Below, piece after piece: positions 1 to 11,909 of a stretch of 20,000 nt of DNA; the stretch's first letter is position 1; each line of letters begins with the position of its first letter. Both the position numbers and the translations under genes were made by a program. Source of the stretch: Vicugna vicugna (Eukaryota); NCBI GenBank assembly GCA_013265495.1, contig MU057552.1:276713-296712 (forward strand), written 5' to 3'. The notes below the pieces were generated by a model. The model was not told the origin of the DNA, did not search any database, and saw only the letters and a program-made list of their open reading frames with translations.

Positions 1-712
1 GTATTTCTCATAACACTCACTTTTTCCCCTGTTTTATATTTAATTCTGTAGCTTTTATCTTCCCCTCCAGGTTGTAGTCAGTTTGAGGACCAAACCCAAA
101 TCTAAATTACCTTAAAAGATCTGTCCATAAACTCATATTCTCATCTGTCTCACACTCATAAGCTCAATAAAAATTCTATCGATGACCAAAGGAAGGAATG
201 CTCTTTCAGCCTTTCCTCCAAGGCTCAGGAAGGACAGCTGCCAGCTCAGAATGGAGTGGACAAATAGAGAATAGAGCAGTGTCACAAAGACAGCCTTCTT
301 ACTCCTTTTTAGTGTAATTCAATCCATAGTCCTAATCAGTCTCTGTCAGGCACATCTCCATCTCATATAACACAGTTGTGCCATTTATTTTCATTTATAC
401 AAACTGATCAGATATTTTTCAAATGCAGAGTTTTTTATAGTCTTTATTTTATTCCTTTGGGAGGTTCCTGTAAAAATTTTTTTTTTAATGGGAATGTGAT
501 CTCAGCAATCCTGAGATAGAGGTGTTGCCTAATTGAATCAGAGTGTTGAGGATGATTGTGCAAAAAGACTCAGTTAAATATGGGGTGGGGATGAGAGTAG
601 GGATTAAATGAGGATAACAGACATTTTAAGTCCCCCGAATTCCTGAGTCTGGATTAATGTTATGTTTGTTCTGCAAGTCTCCTTGTTAGTTTTCAAAGGA
701 AGGCCACTCAAC

Positions 713-1279
713 TGTAGAAGAAAATGAGCAGGGCAGAAGACAGGTATACTGGCAGTTTACTAGCCATAAAACCCTCTTTAAGAGTAAAGCAAGACCACGG
801 TATTCCCTCCCCATCTTGAGGGTAATGATTTATGAGATGCGGATGCTCCTGGAGGCCCAGAATCCTTACTTAAACCTCTTAGTTTGATACAACTATAAAC
901 TGCCACATGGCCCTGCAGCCTTTCTAGGCATGAAGGGGCAAAGCCCACAAAGGGACCAACACGACCTCCCATGCAGGGTCATTGCCTTCCTACTTTTGTG
1001 CTTCTGTAAAATGGCGTGGTTCTAGGAAAATGAAACTTACTCCTAAAATTCCATTGGTTCCCAAAAGCTCACCCCTTAATGGTCCATTTCTAACACCTAA
1101 TTTGCATATGGTGCAAACTTAATTGAAATCTAAAACCCTATAAAAGCCTCTGTAAACCTACAGACAGGGCCCAGAGCTTGGAGTGTTAACTCCTCTGGGC
1201 CCATTGGCATAATAAACCTGAGTTCTCCAACACTCCAAGCATTGTTTGGTCTCTCAATGGGATTCAGGTTTCTGAAACA
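713..1279 (+). mobile_element. Solo endogenous-retrovirus LTR (ERV1-like, cetartiodactyl type)
   Basis: TG...CA termini with imperfect inverted ends (TGTAGAAGAAA / TTTCTGAAACA). Reverse CCAAT at 1053-1057, octamer ATTTGCAT at 1100-1107, TATAAAA at 1139-1145 and AATAAA at 1211-1216, in U3-R-U5 order. No clear TSD, so the left boundary is approximate. Confidence 0.75.
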
Positions 1280-1502
1280 AGCACACAGTGTAAGAAAAGA
1301 TCAAGAGATTTCTGTGTATGAGTTAAACTCTTTGATGCTCCACTGAGTCTTCCTTTAGCATCCAAAGCACATCTGTAAATAACAAGTTACTCAGGATATA
1401 CATGTGAGAAAGCGGAGGCCTGACACAAATACTGTACTTCCAAAGTCCCTTGCATGTGGACCTGGACAGTCGTAAGCCTCTCTCCCAACTCTTGAAAACA
1501 GA

Positions 1503-1520
1503 CCCCTGCTTTTATAGCCC
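1503..1520 (-). promoter_or_regulatory. Candidate TATA-box core promoter (GGGCTATAAAAGCAGGGG)
   Basis: Consensus TATAAAAG with G/C-rich flanks in a locally GC-richer patch that does not look like a repeat. Motif evidence only. Confidence 0.3.
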
Positions 1521-2424
1521 ATGAGAGGTGTGCAGCAGTGCCCTGCTGTCCACTCTCAGCAGCCCCCTTCCCAACTCCCAAGAGAAGGACAGGTAACTTT
1601 TAAAACATAAGCCTATCTGTTAACTTTCTTGAATAAATTTGCCTTGCCAAAAACTTTTAAAATTAGGTGAAAAGATATCAGTATGAACATTTTAAATTGC
1701 AAATATGTGACCAACTTAAAATAGGCAGTGTTCACTGCTTTCCAAGAAGAAATGAAATGGCATGTATTTTTTTAGACTGTTAGGTCTGCTAAACCTAAAT
1801 GTTAGGTTGAAGCACACAGAAGCAACCAAAATGCAGTATAATTAGTTAACAATTCCAATACCCTCCATGTGTTCAGGTTCCACCCCCTGAGACCCCAAAA
1901 TGTTCTTTGGTTTGTGAGTGCCAAGATGAATTTCTTTTGCTCCTGGCTTTCCTAGTCAATAGCTTCACCCTTGAAGGAATATGAAATGGCAGCCAACAAC
2001 ACAAGTAACTGGGTCTGTGTGATTTAAGAATATAAGCCATGACATATATGATGTTACTCTTAGTTCAGGTAGTGAAGGGGACACAGTTGTCAGTGAGTGT
2101 ACGGTTGAATTATGGCACTTACACATACTTACCCATCTACTACATGTTAGAATTAAATTTATGATTCTTTGAATCTTGTCCTGTTTTTATTCGTTTGGAA
2201 AGGTGTTCCAACATGTCCAGCCTAACATGAACATTCTTACTTTGAGAGTGATTTCATTTTCAATGATTTAGATTTGCTCTTAAGATTTGCTTTTTTAAGA
2301 CCATTCCCCTCCCCATTGCTATCACACTCTTCTGAATCCTCAGATGGAAAAATTGAGCATTAGTTAAAATGAAAACGGCCCTAGTCAATATAACTGGAAA
2401 AAGATATTATGTCCTCCAAGGTTT

Positions 2425-3735
2425 GTTTTTGTCTTTTAGAATTTATTTTTTAGAGCAGTGTTAGGCTTACAGCAAAATTGAGAGTAACTGTATAGTCTCC
2501 ATGAAAGGGGAACCCTCCTACACTGCTGGTGGGAATGCATTTTGGTGCAGCCACTATGGAAAACAGTGTGGAGATTCCTCAAAAGACTAGGAATAGACTT
2601 ACCATATGACCAAGGAATCCCACTCCTGGGCTTATATCCAGAAGGAACCTTACTTCAGAATGACACCTGCACCTCAATGTTCATAGGAGCACTATTTACA
2701 ATAGCCAATACATGGAAACAGCCTAAATGTCCATCAACAGATGACTGGTTAAAGAAGATGTGGTATATTTATACAATGGAATACTACTCAGCCATAAAAA
2801 CTGACAACATAATGCCATTTGCAGCAACAGGGATGCTCCTGGAGAATGTCATCCTAAATGAAGTAAGCCAGAAAGAGAAAGAAAAATACCATATGAGATC
2901 ACTCATATGTGGAAGCCAAAAAACAAAAACAGAAACAAAATATCAAAGCATAAATATAAAACATAAAGAGACTCATAGACATAGAATACAAACTTGTGGT
3001 TGCCAAGGTAGCAGAGGGTGGGAAGGGATAGACTGGGATTTCAAAATTATAGAATAGATAAACAAGATTATACTGTATAGCACAGGGAAATATACACAAG
3101 AGCTTGTGGTAGCTCACAGAGAAAATAATGTGACAATGAATATATATATGTTCAAGTATAACTGAAAAATTGTGCTCTACACTGGAATTTGACACATTTT
3201 AAAATGATTATAAACCAATAAAAAATGTTAAAAAAGTGCACAGTCTCCATATACCCCTGCCCCCAACTCATGTACACCCTTCCCCATTATCAGCATCCCC
3301 CACCAGAGAAGTACATTTGATACAATTGATGAACATACATTGATGCATCATTCTCATCCACAGACCATAAGTAGTTTACATTAGGGTTCATTTGGTGTTT
3401 TGTACATTCTATGATGCATCAACCATTATAGTATCATCAGAGTGTGATAATGTACCGTATTATCACTGACCTGAAAATCCTATGCTCCACCAAAATTCAC
3501 TATTCTCCACCTATACATGTCTCCTTCCCACCTTACCCTTGGCAACCACTCATATGTTTACTGTCTTCATAATTTGGCCTTTTCCAAAATGTCATATCAT
3601 TAAAATCAGTCTGCAGCCTTTTTGTATTGGCTTCTTACACTTAGCATTATGCATTTAAGTTCCCCCCATGACTTTTTATGGCTTGATAGCTTATTTCTTT
3701 TCAGTGTTGAATATTATTCCATTATCCGTCCAAGT
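2425..3735 (-). mobile_element. Old L1 3' end (L1MC1/L1MC2-like), interrupted by a younger L1 at 2503-3235
   Basis: ttttagagcagtgttaggcttacagcaaaattgag ... catcccccaccagag ... gtttacattagggttca ... ggcaaccact ... ggcttgatagcttatttc matches the recalled L1MC 3' UTR in antisense. The two halves are colinear across the insertion. Confidence 0.8.
2503..3235 (+). mobile_element. 5'-truncated camelid-type L1: ORF2 C-terminus, 3' UTR and short A tail
   Basis: ORF 2542-3057 encodes the L1 ORF2 C-terminus ([11 protein letters not shown]...WYIYTMEYYSAIK...SLICG). AATAAA at 3217-3222. TSD aactgtatagtctccat (2486-2502) / aagtgcacagtctccat (3234-3250), 14/17 identical. Confidence 0.95.
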
Positions 3736-3914
3736 TTTTTAGACTGTGTGGATATTTTTCTGCAGTGTCTTGAAATTAGTGATATTTTTGTTTTGTTTTC
3801 TGGGGTCGAAGGGTGGAAATATTTTATTATGTAGAAGATTCTTGCTTAAGCCAGTTTTTCAAATTAATAAACAGGGTTTTTTTTTTAATTTAAAAATTCT
3901 CTTGATGGTATGGT

Positions 3915-4032
3915 NNNNNNNNNNNNNNNNNNNNNNNNNNNNNNNNNNNNNNNNNNNNNNNNNNNNNNNNNNNNNNNNNNNNNNNNNNNNNNNNNNNNNN
4001 NNNNNNNNNNNNNNNNNNNNNNNNNNNNNNNN
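3915..4032. other. Assembly gap (118 N)
   Basis: Run of N. Confidence 1.
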
Positions 4033-4089
4033 TTTGTTTCTAATTTCCAGCATCCATCTAGCATACACTGATATCATCAGGGAAAATGT

Positions 4090-4158
4090 ACACTGAAGAT
4101 TGAACCCAGGACCTCATACATGCTAAGTATTCACTCTACCACTGAGCAACCCCCTCCT
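4090..4158 (-). mobile_element. tRNA-Ala-derived SINE (camelid Vic-1-like)
   Basis: Minus strand reads gggggttgctcagtggtagagtgaatacttagcatgtatgaggtcctgggttcaatcttcagtg, with A box (GCTCAGTGG) and B box (GGTTCAATC) but degenerate stems. Confidence 0.8.
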
Positions 4159-5158
4159 CCAGCAGCATGATTTTCATTGTCTTCTATACAGCATGTTCTT
4201 CTCTGCTTTCCTGACTTGGGGAGTACAGGATGCTCTGCAAACAATTCTGATCTGTGACCACTCCAAAGAAATTTGGGAGGTCCAATTATAGCATACAGTT
4301 TATTTAACTAGTTGTAGAATGCATTGTCATTTCTGTCATGTCTGCTTTCTCATTACTGCCTTTCCTTTTTTTGCTATTGCCCACTTGTATTTTATTTCCC
4401 ATCTATATTTTATAAATTTGCTGTATACATTTATTATGATTTAGTTGTGTTTTCCCCCCTCTGCTGTTTAAAGTAATGTCTTTGGCAGACATACCAACTT
4501 ATCTTTCCCTTTCTGGACTATTAACATTGATCTTAAATAAAATTATGCTTAACTCCAATCACTGGATCTGTCTGCTAAGTTCTTATCAGTGCTGTTCATT
4601 TAGAAACTGAACAAAGGTTAATAATAAACTCCCTGTTCTATGATTTCCCCTCATTTAGGATTCCACTCAATTGCAACACAATTTAAATTCACTTCTTCAA
4701 TGCTGTTGTGAATCTGTGTAAAGGAAATGAATAAAAATGAGTTGTCAGAGCTTCAACCTTGACCTTTCTTTTTGCCTTTTTGTGCTGTATGCTGTCTTTG
4801 ATATGGGCCACGTGACTTGGCTTGTCCCTTTCCAGACCGTGCATCTCATCTCCTGCTTCTCTGATTTCAGGTTTCCTTGTAATTCTTACTTATCTATTTC
4901 ATCCTGTGGCCATTTCTAAGGCTCTGTTCCACAGTGCCTACTCCTCAGTCAGCAGCATCTTTCAGAGACACAGCTTCTGTTTCCTTTCTCTTTCCAGATC
5001 CATGCAGGTGACAGATCTATCTCTGTCCACCTATGATGGAGACTACATTCTTTACTGTCCAGTAGCATATTCCCTTTGATTGTCTCTTCCGTATACAGAG
5101 TTGTGAGCATATTTGAACTTTCCTTCTTTCCTTCTGTCAAATTCTTGTCAGCAGTTTT

Positions 5159-5178
5159 ACACACACACACACACACAC
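5159..5178 (+). repeat. (AC)10 microsatellite
   Basis: Direct reading. Confidence 0.95.
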
Positions 5179-5239
5179 TCTCTTCCCCACCACCAAACTT
5201 CTGCATATTATAAGCAGGAGTTCTTCAGGCTTCTGTCCA

Positions 5240-5920
5240 ACAGTGTGGACTTTGCAGACTGGTGGGCCTGGGTTTGAACCCTACATGATCACTTTGGATG
5301 AGTTTCTGGATTAGTTAAAATTAGTTGCCAGTTACAGAGACTGCAAAGAACTGTGGCATAAACAAAGTGATGTTTGTTTCTCTTTCACATTAAAAAAAAG
5401 TTTCTAGAGAGACAATCCAGAACTGGTATTATGATTTCACAAATCTCCTGAGACTTAGGCTGGTTTCACCTTTTAGGTTCACTAAACATCAGACGAGGCC
5501 CTCAATCTCATGGTCCTAGATGGAGCTTTATCCATCACATGCAGTGTAGAAAGGAGGAAGGAAGGGAAGGAGATAGAGGAAGGCAAGAATCTATGGTCTC
5601 TCAAGGAAATTTCCCAGAGGCTGTCATACACTTCCTGTCACAACTCATTGGCCAGAATTTAGTATTATGACCTCACCTAGCTGGAACAGATACCGGGGAA
5701 TATTGTCCTTATTCCAGACAATACTCAGCTGAAATGTGGGTGGTTCACATCCTTAGAAAGAAAGGGGGAAAGGAGCATTGCAGTAGCCAAATACCGGTTA
5801 TTCTATACCTCTTTTTTCTTGACTATTATTACTCATCTCACAGGAGCCTTAGGATTATTATGAAAGCATCTAATACAGTATCTAGCATAAAACAAGCTTT
5901 CGGTTAATGTTAGTTAATAT
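5240..5920 (+). mobile_element. MIR SINE relic split by an MLT1 LTR (5' part about 5240-5310, 3' part about 5830-5920)
   Basis: ggactttgcagac...cctgggtttgaaccc...tgatcactttggatgagttt resembles the MIR 5' core. caggagccttaggattattatgaaagcatctaatacagtatctagcata...aatgttagtta resembles the MIR 3' end. Confidence 0.55.
5312..5800 (-). mobile_element. MaLR LTR (MLT1J/K/L-like)
   Basis: Motifs ggcataaacaaag...tttctctttcacat, ctcatggtcctagatgg and ctcattggccagaatttagtattatgacctcacctagctg are typical of old MLT1 LTRs. Confidence 0.7.
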
Positions 5921-6099
5921 CCCTCCTTATTCCTTTTTTTGTGAATTTTCTCATTTCCCTGCTACCCCATCATTGGCATCCAAATTGTATTTCAAATACT
6001 TGCCCCAGTTGATGGTACTAAGATGTAGTCTTGTACCTTTTCATGAGAGGGAGCAACAAACACATTATTATTCAATGTCAGCATTTATTTTTTAGCTTA

Positions 6100-6295
6100 A
6101 AGTGTGGCTAAGATTTAAGGCATAGCTCTTGGAATCAAATACACCTAGATGTGACTCCTGGCTCTGCCGCTTAGTCAGTGTCTTACCCCAGCCCCTTGCT
6201 CCCTCCATTTCCTCATCTGTGACCCAGGGGTAAGATTCAGACATGAGGATTAAATTAAAATAATAGAGAGAGAGTACCTGACAAAGTAAGTGGTA
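6100..6295 (+). mobile_element. MIR SINE
   Basis: ctcttggaatcaaatacacctag...tcctggctctgccgcttag...tttcctcatctgt...atgaggattaaattaaaataat matches the MIR core. Confidence 0.75.
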
Positions 6296-6629
6296 GTTTT
6301 TCTTATCTTTTTCAATTTGGCCTAATCTGGGTGAACCTTTTTAAAAATGAACTCTTATTTCATTAAAAAAAAAGTTTTAAAATTGGTCATCTCCATACAT
6401 ATCCAAATGAGTGTTGTTAAATTGTTAGTCAAACCTTTTGAAAATTGTCTCCAAAATCAGTTTAAACCCAAATAGCAGCATAGTCTTTCTTCTATATTTT
6501 TTTAAAGAAAAAAACAGCATAGCTGAGCCTTAAAGTTAGTTAGCCTTGATTTGAATGATTTTTGGCAGATCCACTCTTAGAAGCAGAAACAGTTCCACCA
6601 ATGAGTCTATTTCATAGTATTTTTCCCCC

Positions 6630-6950
6630 AGTGGCTAGTTGTTAAGCCCCTACTGTGTGCCAGAAGCTGTGCTAGTTTCTGGGGACATATTGGTAAGCAG
6701 AAATGCACATGATTCCTGCTTATGCTGCTGTGGAAGTTGCAGTTACTGAGGGAGACAGGTGAATCAATCATTGAAAATAAATGAAAAATTGCCATTATTA
6801 AAGTTGTTAGGAAGGAGATGTACAGGTGCTGTGAAAGTATGTGCAAACATCTTATGATCCGAGGTTGAATGGTGACTTTAGGAACAAAAATTGGCCAGTG
6901 AGTTGAAGTAAAGAGATGTTATGGGCATATGGTTTGAAATGAGCTCAGAC
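6630..6950 (-). mobile_element. L2 3' fragment
   Basis: aagcccctactgtgtgccagaagctgtgctagtttctggggaca...gggagacag matches the antisense L2 3' end. Confidence 0.7.
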
Positions 6951-8034
6951 ACAAGGTGAGCCTGCCCTCGGCATGGACCAGAACATGCCACAGTCTCCAG
7001 CACCACTCCAAAGTATGCATTTCATGATTTGGGGCCATCTTTACAATAAGTGACCGTGATATATAACTTCTCAATGTGATACTCTGAAAGGGGCTACATA
7101 ATTTAGGAATAATCTAATTATTTCATAATTTATTCATGCTATAATGATAAATATTAAATTCACATACTTTTTTTTGATACACTAAGCAGAGGCATCTGCG
7201 AAAATTGGCTGTAAAGTAGGATCTTTTCAGAGTGTCAGAGTGTTGATCTGCATTACCCGTAGTGAGAATTTGAATTTGAAGCCATTTGGCTGAATGGGGT
7301 GGCATAAGAAACACTGTTGGCAGAAGAATAGGTAGCCCACAAAGTAGCAGTGGAGGATGACCACAGGATGAGAGGTGTGAGCAGTGTGTTCCAGACAGCA
7401 GCAGGACTGTGCTTGGGATGGCCCATCTCAGAGCCAGCAGACAGCCCCAATGTCCCATCTCTCCAAGGCATTCCAGGTACACATAGACAAGCAGTGGGAT
7501 ACCATTTCTCCTTTTCCTGTCCAGCTGAGCTAATGGGGCATCCTTTGGGGGAAATGTGGCCTCTCTGGTCTCTTTTAGGGTTTTGGAAGTTGGCTGGGAG
7601 GCTCTGCTCCCATGTAACATGTTAGGGAATGACAGAGCCTCAGGGGCAGAGCTGCCTGCCATTGGACTGTAGGTGGTTTCTTGTTCTGAACTGATAAATT
7701 TAAGATGAATTTCATTAATCTAAAGATTTTTAAGTTCATCTCTCTAGGCAAACCTAAATGAGTTTTAGTTAAATGAGTTACCAAGATAGGCAACTGAGCA
7801 AGGACTTGTCTTCCAAAAGCATTTGTGAGTCATGATGCAGTTTCTAGAGGCATATTGTTGTGCATGCTGGGCAGGTTCCCAGCCCTCCCCAAGAGTATTT
7901 ATGCTATGTATTTACCATAAGGGGTCACAAGCCTTTCACTTTCACCTTCCCAGGAATGCCATTGGAACTAGGAATTTCCCCAGCTCTTCATTTGCTCTGT
8001 ATTTGGAATTCCTCCCTCAGGGTGCAGCAAACTT

Positions 8035-8320
8035 GTTTTGACCTCAGGGACTTCTCAATTGTTGTTCTCTGCCTAGAACATTCTTCCCCTAAGAATCTGA
8101 ATGACTGCTTCCTTCTCAATGGAAGGTCAGCTCCAGGGTGACCTCAGGGATACTTTCCCTAATATCTAGATAAAGTACCACTGCCTGTCACCATCATAGT
8201 CCTTCACACCTGGGTTCATTGCTTGCTGACTTGTTCATATTCTGTTCCCCCAACACAGACACAAGAATATAAGTTCTGTGAAAGCATGGTTCTTGTTTAT
8301 CTGTTCTTAAGCCTGGTAGA
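8035..8320 (+). mobile_element. L2 fragment
   Basis: ctcagggacttc...gttctctgcctagaacattcttccc...gaatataagttctgtgaaagcatgg...tttatctgttc resembles the L2 3' region. Confidence 0.65.
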
Positions 8321-8334
8321 GAATAAACTTCCCA

Positions 8335-8440
8335 ACCTGCTGCATGTGATAGTAGGCAAAATGTTTACCCCTTTGGACATAAATGGGGATAACATCACCT
8401 TTGCTTCCTGCTTCATAGAAAAAGTGAGGACCTGTAATTA
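8335..8440 (+). mobile_element. MIR fragment
   Basis: tgtgatagtaggcaaa...taaatggggataaca...cttcatagaaaaagtgagga. Confidence 0.5.
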
Positions 8441-8494
8441 GGGTGCTGAAGATACTTTTTCTCCCTGAAATTTGGGATTAATTTGTTTGATTCC

Positions 8495-8510
8495 ATATAT
8501 ATATATATAT
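8495..8510 (+). repeat. (AT)8 microsatellite
   Basis: Direct reading. Confidence 0.9.
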
Positions 8511-8679
8511 TGCAAATATCAATACCATTTACCCAATTACATGACCCAAAAATACTTAGAACACATTTTGTGCTTCTCTTTGCTTTGCTTCCCACTAAAC
8601 TACTCCTTAAGCAATAGTAATCAGTTTGTCCAGAGGCCATATCCTTAAGGTCCCTCCCTTCAGCACCCTTCCTTCACAG

Positions 8680-9390
8680 CCTCTTGATTGCCTTGAGTCT
8701 TTCCAGGACCACTGCTAATTGTCTTCCAACCAGTAGTTAAGTTTGTATTCTTTCCCCTCTTCCGCCTCCCAAATTTGTCATCCACACTGCAGGAAAATAA
8801 TTGTTGTGGAAGGCAAATTCCACACCAATACTGCTTAGTTTAATAATCATGTAATGACTTGCTTTGCCACAGGATCATGTCCAAATGCCTTGGAAAGCCA
8901 TGTAAGACAGTCTTCCTCTGTGTGCTTCTGCAACTCTCCAGCTTCACCTCTTCCCCTCTGTCATTTCTAAATCATCTGTGCACACAACATGGACCCAATG
9001 TGCACAGTCATGTGCCATGCACCAACCATCTCAAACTGTTTGCAGTGCACAGAGGAAGGTTTCCAGGTGGCTTCACTCCCCTCTATCAGTGGTGTTCACC
9101 TTGCCTTGTCAAACACCTGCCCATCTTTTAAGAGTCAGTTCAAATGTACCTATTCTTAAAGACCATTCTAAACCCTTGCCCACTGCCAACCAGTTTCAAG
9201 AGCTCCTCATTTCTTTCTCTGCACTGCCTTGAACCTTGTAGTACACCTATTATAATACCCATGCCAGAGATTATCTCTGCCTCCTCCTCAGTGCTCCTTC
9301 ATGGTCAAGTTATTTTATTCATCTCCTGGGCTTCCTGGGCCAGGCATTATACTTGGCATGTAAATCAATATCTGGAAAAGAATGAAGCAA
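8680..9390 (+). mobile_element. L2 fragment running to its 3' end
   Basis: tccacactgcagg...caggatcatgtccaaatgcctt...ttaagagtcagttcaaatgtacc...ttattcatctc...tcaatatctggaaaagaatgaa is a degenerate L2 3' portion with its tail. Confidence 0.65.
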
Positions 9391-9724
9391 CCAAACTCAG
9401 TGTACTTATTATCTAGTAGAGAGCTTCAATCAATAAAATAGTTTTGACTGATATTTGAAAAATTGAAAGATCTCCTTGAAAGTTAGAGGTAGGAAGAAGG
9501 GATATTGTATTTATGCTGTTAAAAGATATCAGTTGAATGGCCAAAATATTTTGTCAATGAGCTAGTGTTAAGTGAACAATTACTGTGTTCAGAGCTCTGG
9601 ATTTGGTCATTTGCAGGGGATGCTTGAAATAGCTTTTGGACATTTCTGAAATGATTCTGGCTTTATCATCTCACTGGGTCAAAATGTTAAATGGTCGTCA
9701 CAGGTTCTCAGCTTCCAGGCAGTT

Positions 9725-10115
9725 TAGAACAAAGTGCCTGAATGTTTTTTCATCCACTACCCTCTAAAAGGATTTTGAAACACTGTGTCCTTTCCTCATC
9801 CATTTAAAAAGATAATATCTAAAAATTTTATCTTGACTTTAAATCATTACAAAAGATGATGCTTCTGACTTTATAAATATTGATTTATGAAAACCACTCT
9901 TTTTAATGTACACAATGGAAGCTAAATTAAATACCAGAGTGATTTTGTATCTACTGTGTCATCCATATTAAAAAAAAAACCACATTATAAACAAGCTCTT
10001 CTTGAAAAGCCAATAATTTTACATAGTTGTTTCCCTTGTGGAACTCATTTCATTCCTCTTCTCCTATAAAACTTAATCCCCATATAACATTCTTATGTTT
10101 GATATATTTTATTGA
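9725..10115. mobile_element. Probable old hAT/Charlie-type DNA transposon fragment
   Basis: AT-rich segment beginning tttttcatccactaccctctaaaaggattttgaaacactgtgtcc resembles recalled Charlie-family subterminal sequence. TIRs not confirmed. Confidence 0.3.
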
Positions 10116-10124
10116 TTACAAGTG

Positions 10125-11707
10125 CATTCTTAGCTCACTCTCATCCATGTACACCCACCACTTTGCTCAGGATGCCTGCTGGACATTGGTTAAACATCAA
10201 TTTCACCTTTTCTGTCTCTTACTTCAAGAGACAGAAAAGGTCTTCACAAAATTGGGAAGGAGGAAAAAGAAAAGTAGAAAAGGAAATCAGTGCAGGATCT
10301 GACTTTTGGTGAAGGAGCCAAAAAGGGGAAAACACTCTTTTACTGGGGCACACACAGAGAGATAAGTTGGGATTGAAGGAGATTCAATGATGGTGAGAGA
10401 AGTGCACAGCATATGCTTGGCTGACAGAACTGAAAGAAACCAGCACAAAATATCCCTGAAATCAATCCCCAGACCTTGACTTGAGCTGCTGATGCTGAGC
10501 TAGGAAGGTCTGCTGAAGCTGAGGGAGAGGGCTGAGGCTGATGGCACAGACTGAGTCTCATGGGGTTGGAGTGTGCTGTTTTCTGCGATTGGTAGTGTCT
10601 ACAGAACAGAACTGCCTGGGACCTGAATTCAAAAAGCAAAATTGCTGATGAACATGGTGTGGATTACCTAGATATCTCATAGACATATTCACTATCTCTG
10701 CAGGTCCAGGGCCAAATTTGGCATTTTTGCAATAGAAGAGAAGCAGGGCTCTATCAGAACCATCATAGTTTTGGTCTGAAGGACCCAGGGGAAGTTCGGG
10801 TTGAAATCAGAAACCATGGCCAAAGAATCTGCACATTTCATAGGCACAACTGTGATTTTTATTTGGTTCAAGGAAGAGGGTGTGGATATGCTCTGTGGTT
10901 GTCTTGGTGGTCCCATGCCACAAGGAAAAGAGAGCCAATAGCAGAGATCTGGGTGCACAGAAGGGGAAGTTGAAGCCTTTCCATCAGCTTTTTCTACCAC
11001 ATGCAAATGTGACAATAGGGATGGCGCTGACCTGGTACTGCACTGAGGACCCAGCTGGGGGACTGAAGGATCATTAGAGCAGGCCCTAGTGCATGACATC
11101 TTTAGATTTGTTTCCACTGGTGTTTTGGTGTAGAATTTGGACATTCCCATGGCAATAGAAAGGACAAAGGAACTGTCATGAGTATGTATTGGAAATATTC
11201 CAACACCACATTCCACAGCCTGCACCCCAGAAATGGTTTGGAAGTCTTAATTCCAATAAAAGGAGGAGCCCTAGCAACTCTCCAATCTGTGATAAACACC
11301 TAATCAAAATGAGGCTCTGCTAAACAACAAAAGTAGATTGTGTTTACCACAACAATAACCACATCAGCAATCATAGAAATAACAGGCAATGCACTTACAA
11401 GTATGACATGGCATCACACCATACCAAAAACAGATCTCACAGCAATATCATGGAACTGTGCACAGCCAACATAGGAAATCTTCCACTTAAAAAAATCCCT
11501 TCAAGTCTAGAATAGATAACTGACAATCTTTAACCCATAAAAATAGAGAGATATAATAAAATGAAAAAGAAGAACCATTCCCAGACCCAACTTCCATCAC
11601 AATTGGAAACTGAACAAAAAATAAATTAAAAAAGGAAGCATGTGAACACCCTTATCTACAGATCAGACTGAAATAAGAATTAGATAATGACTACTTCTTA
11701 AAAAAAA
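10125..11707 (+). mobile_element. Decayed L1 5' end: about 1.4 kb of 5' UTR plus the start of ORF1
   Basis: Resembles laurasiatherian L1 5' UTR motifs (aaaggaaatcagtgcaggatctg; gggagagggctgaggctg...ggggttggagtgtg; ccttcaagtctagaatagataactgac...agagatataataaaATG). ATG at 11561 gives MKKKNHSQ, like an ORF1p N-terminus. CpG-depleted. Confidence 0.6.
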
Positions 11708-11909
11708 GTTTTGGTTTTCTAAAATGTATGAATTTTCAAAGCCACATTTTATATTCTCCACCACCTTTTTCTTGTCAATGAGCCTGAGTAAGGTGTTCAC
11801 TCAGTGACCAAGAAGATCTCAGGTGTTGTCAGCAGGACCTAAAGCAAGCCTCTTCCTACTTGCTTCATCAAAAGATAATCGACCTATAGTTCCTGCCACT
11901 GAGCAGAGA

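Noticed and set aside
3746..4096. ORFs spanning the N run
   Set aside because: Artefacts of the assembly gap.
4090..4158. Functional tRNA-Ala gene
   Set aside because: The acceptor, anticodon and T stems are disrupted, which fits a tRNA-derived SINE.
7123..7662. 179-aa minus-strand ORF and overlapping ORFs
   Set aside because: Non-ATG start, no recognisable domain and no convincing splice structure.
8039..8150. 12-bp direct repeat tgacctcaggga spaced 100 bp apart
   Set aside because: Only two copies, inside a degenerate L2. Not an array or a credible TSD.
10649..10659. Minus-strand ACCATGTTCA as a possible remnant of exon 10 (STMFR)
   Set aside because: The flanks do not encode LSGG or DFGRRL, so this is a chance short match.
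10692..11299. 177-aa minus-strand ORF and an apparent acceptor ttttgattag near 11300
   Set aside because: It lies antisense within the decayed L1 5' UTR and shows no protein similarity.
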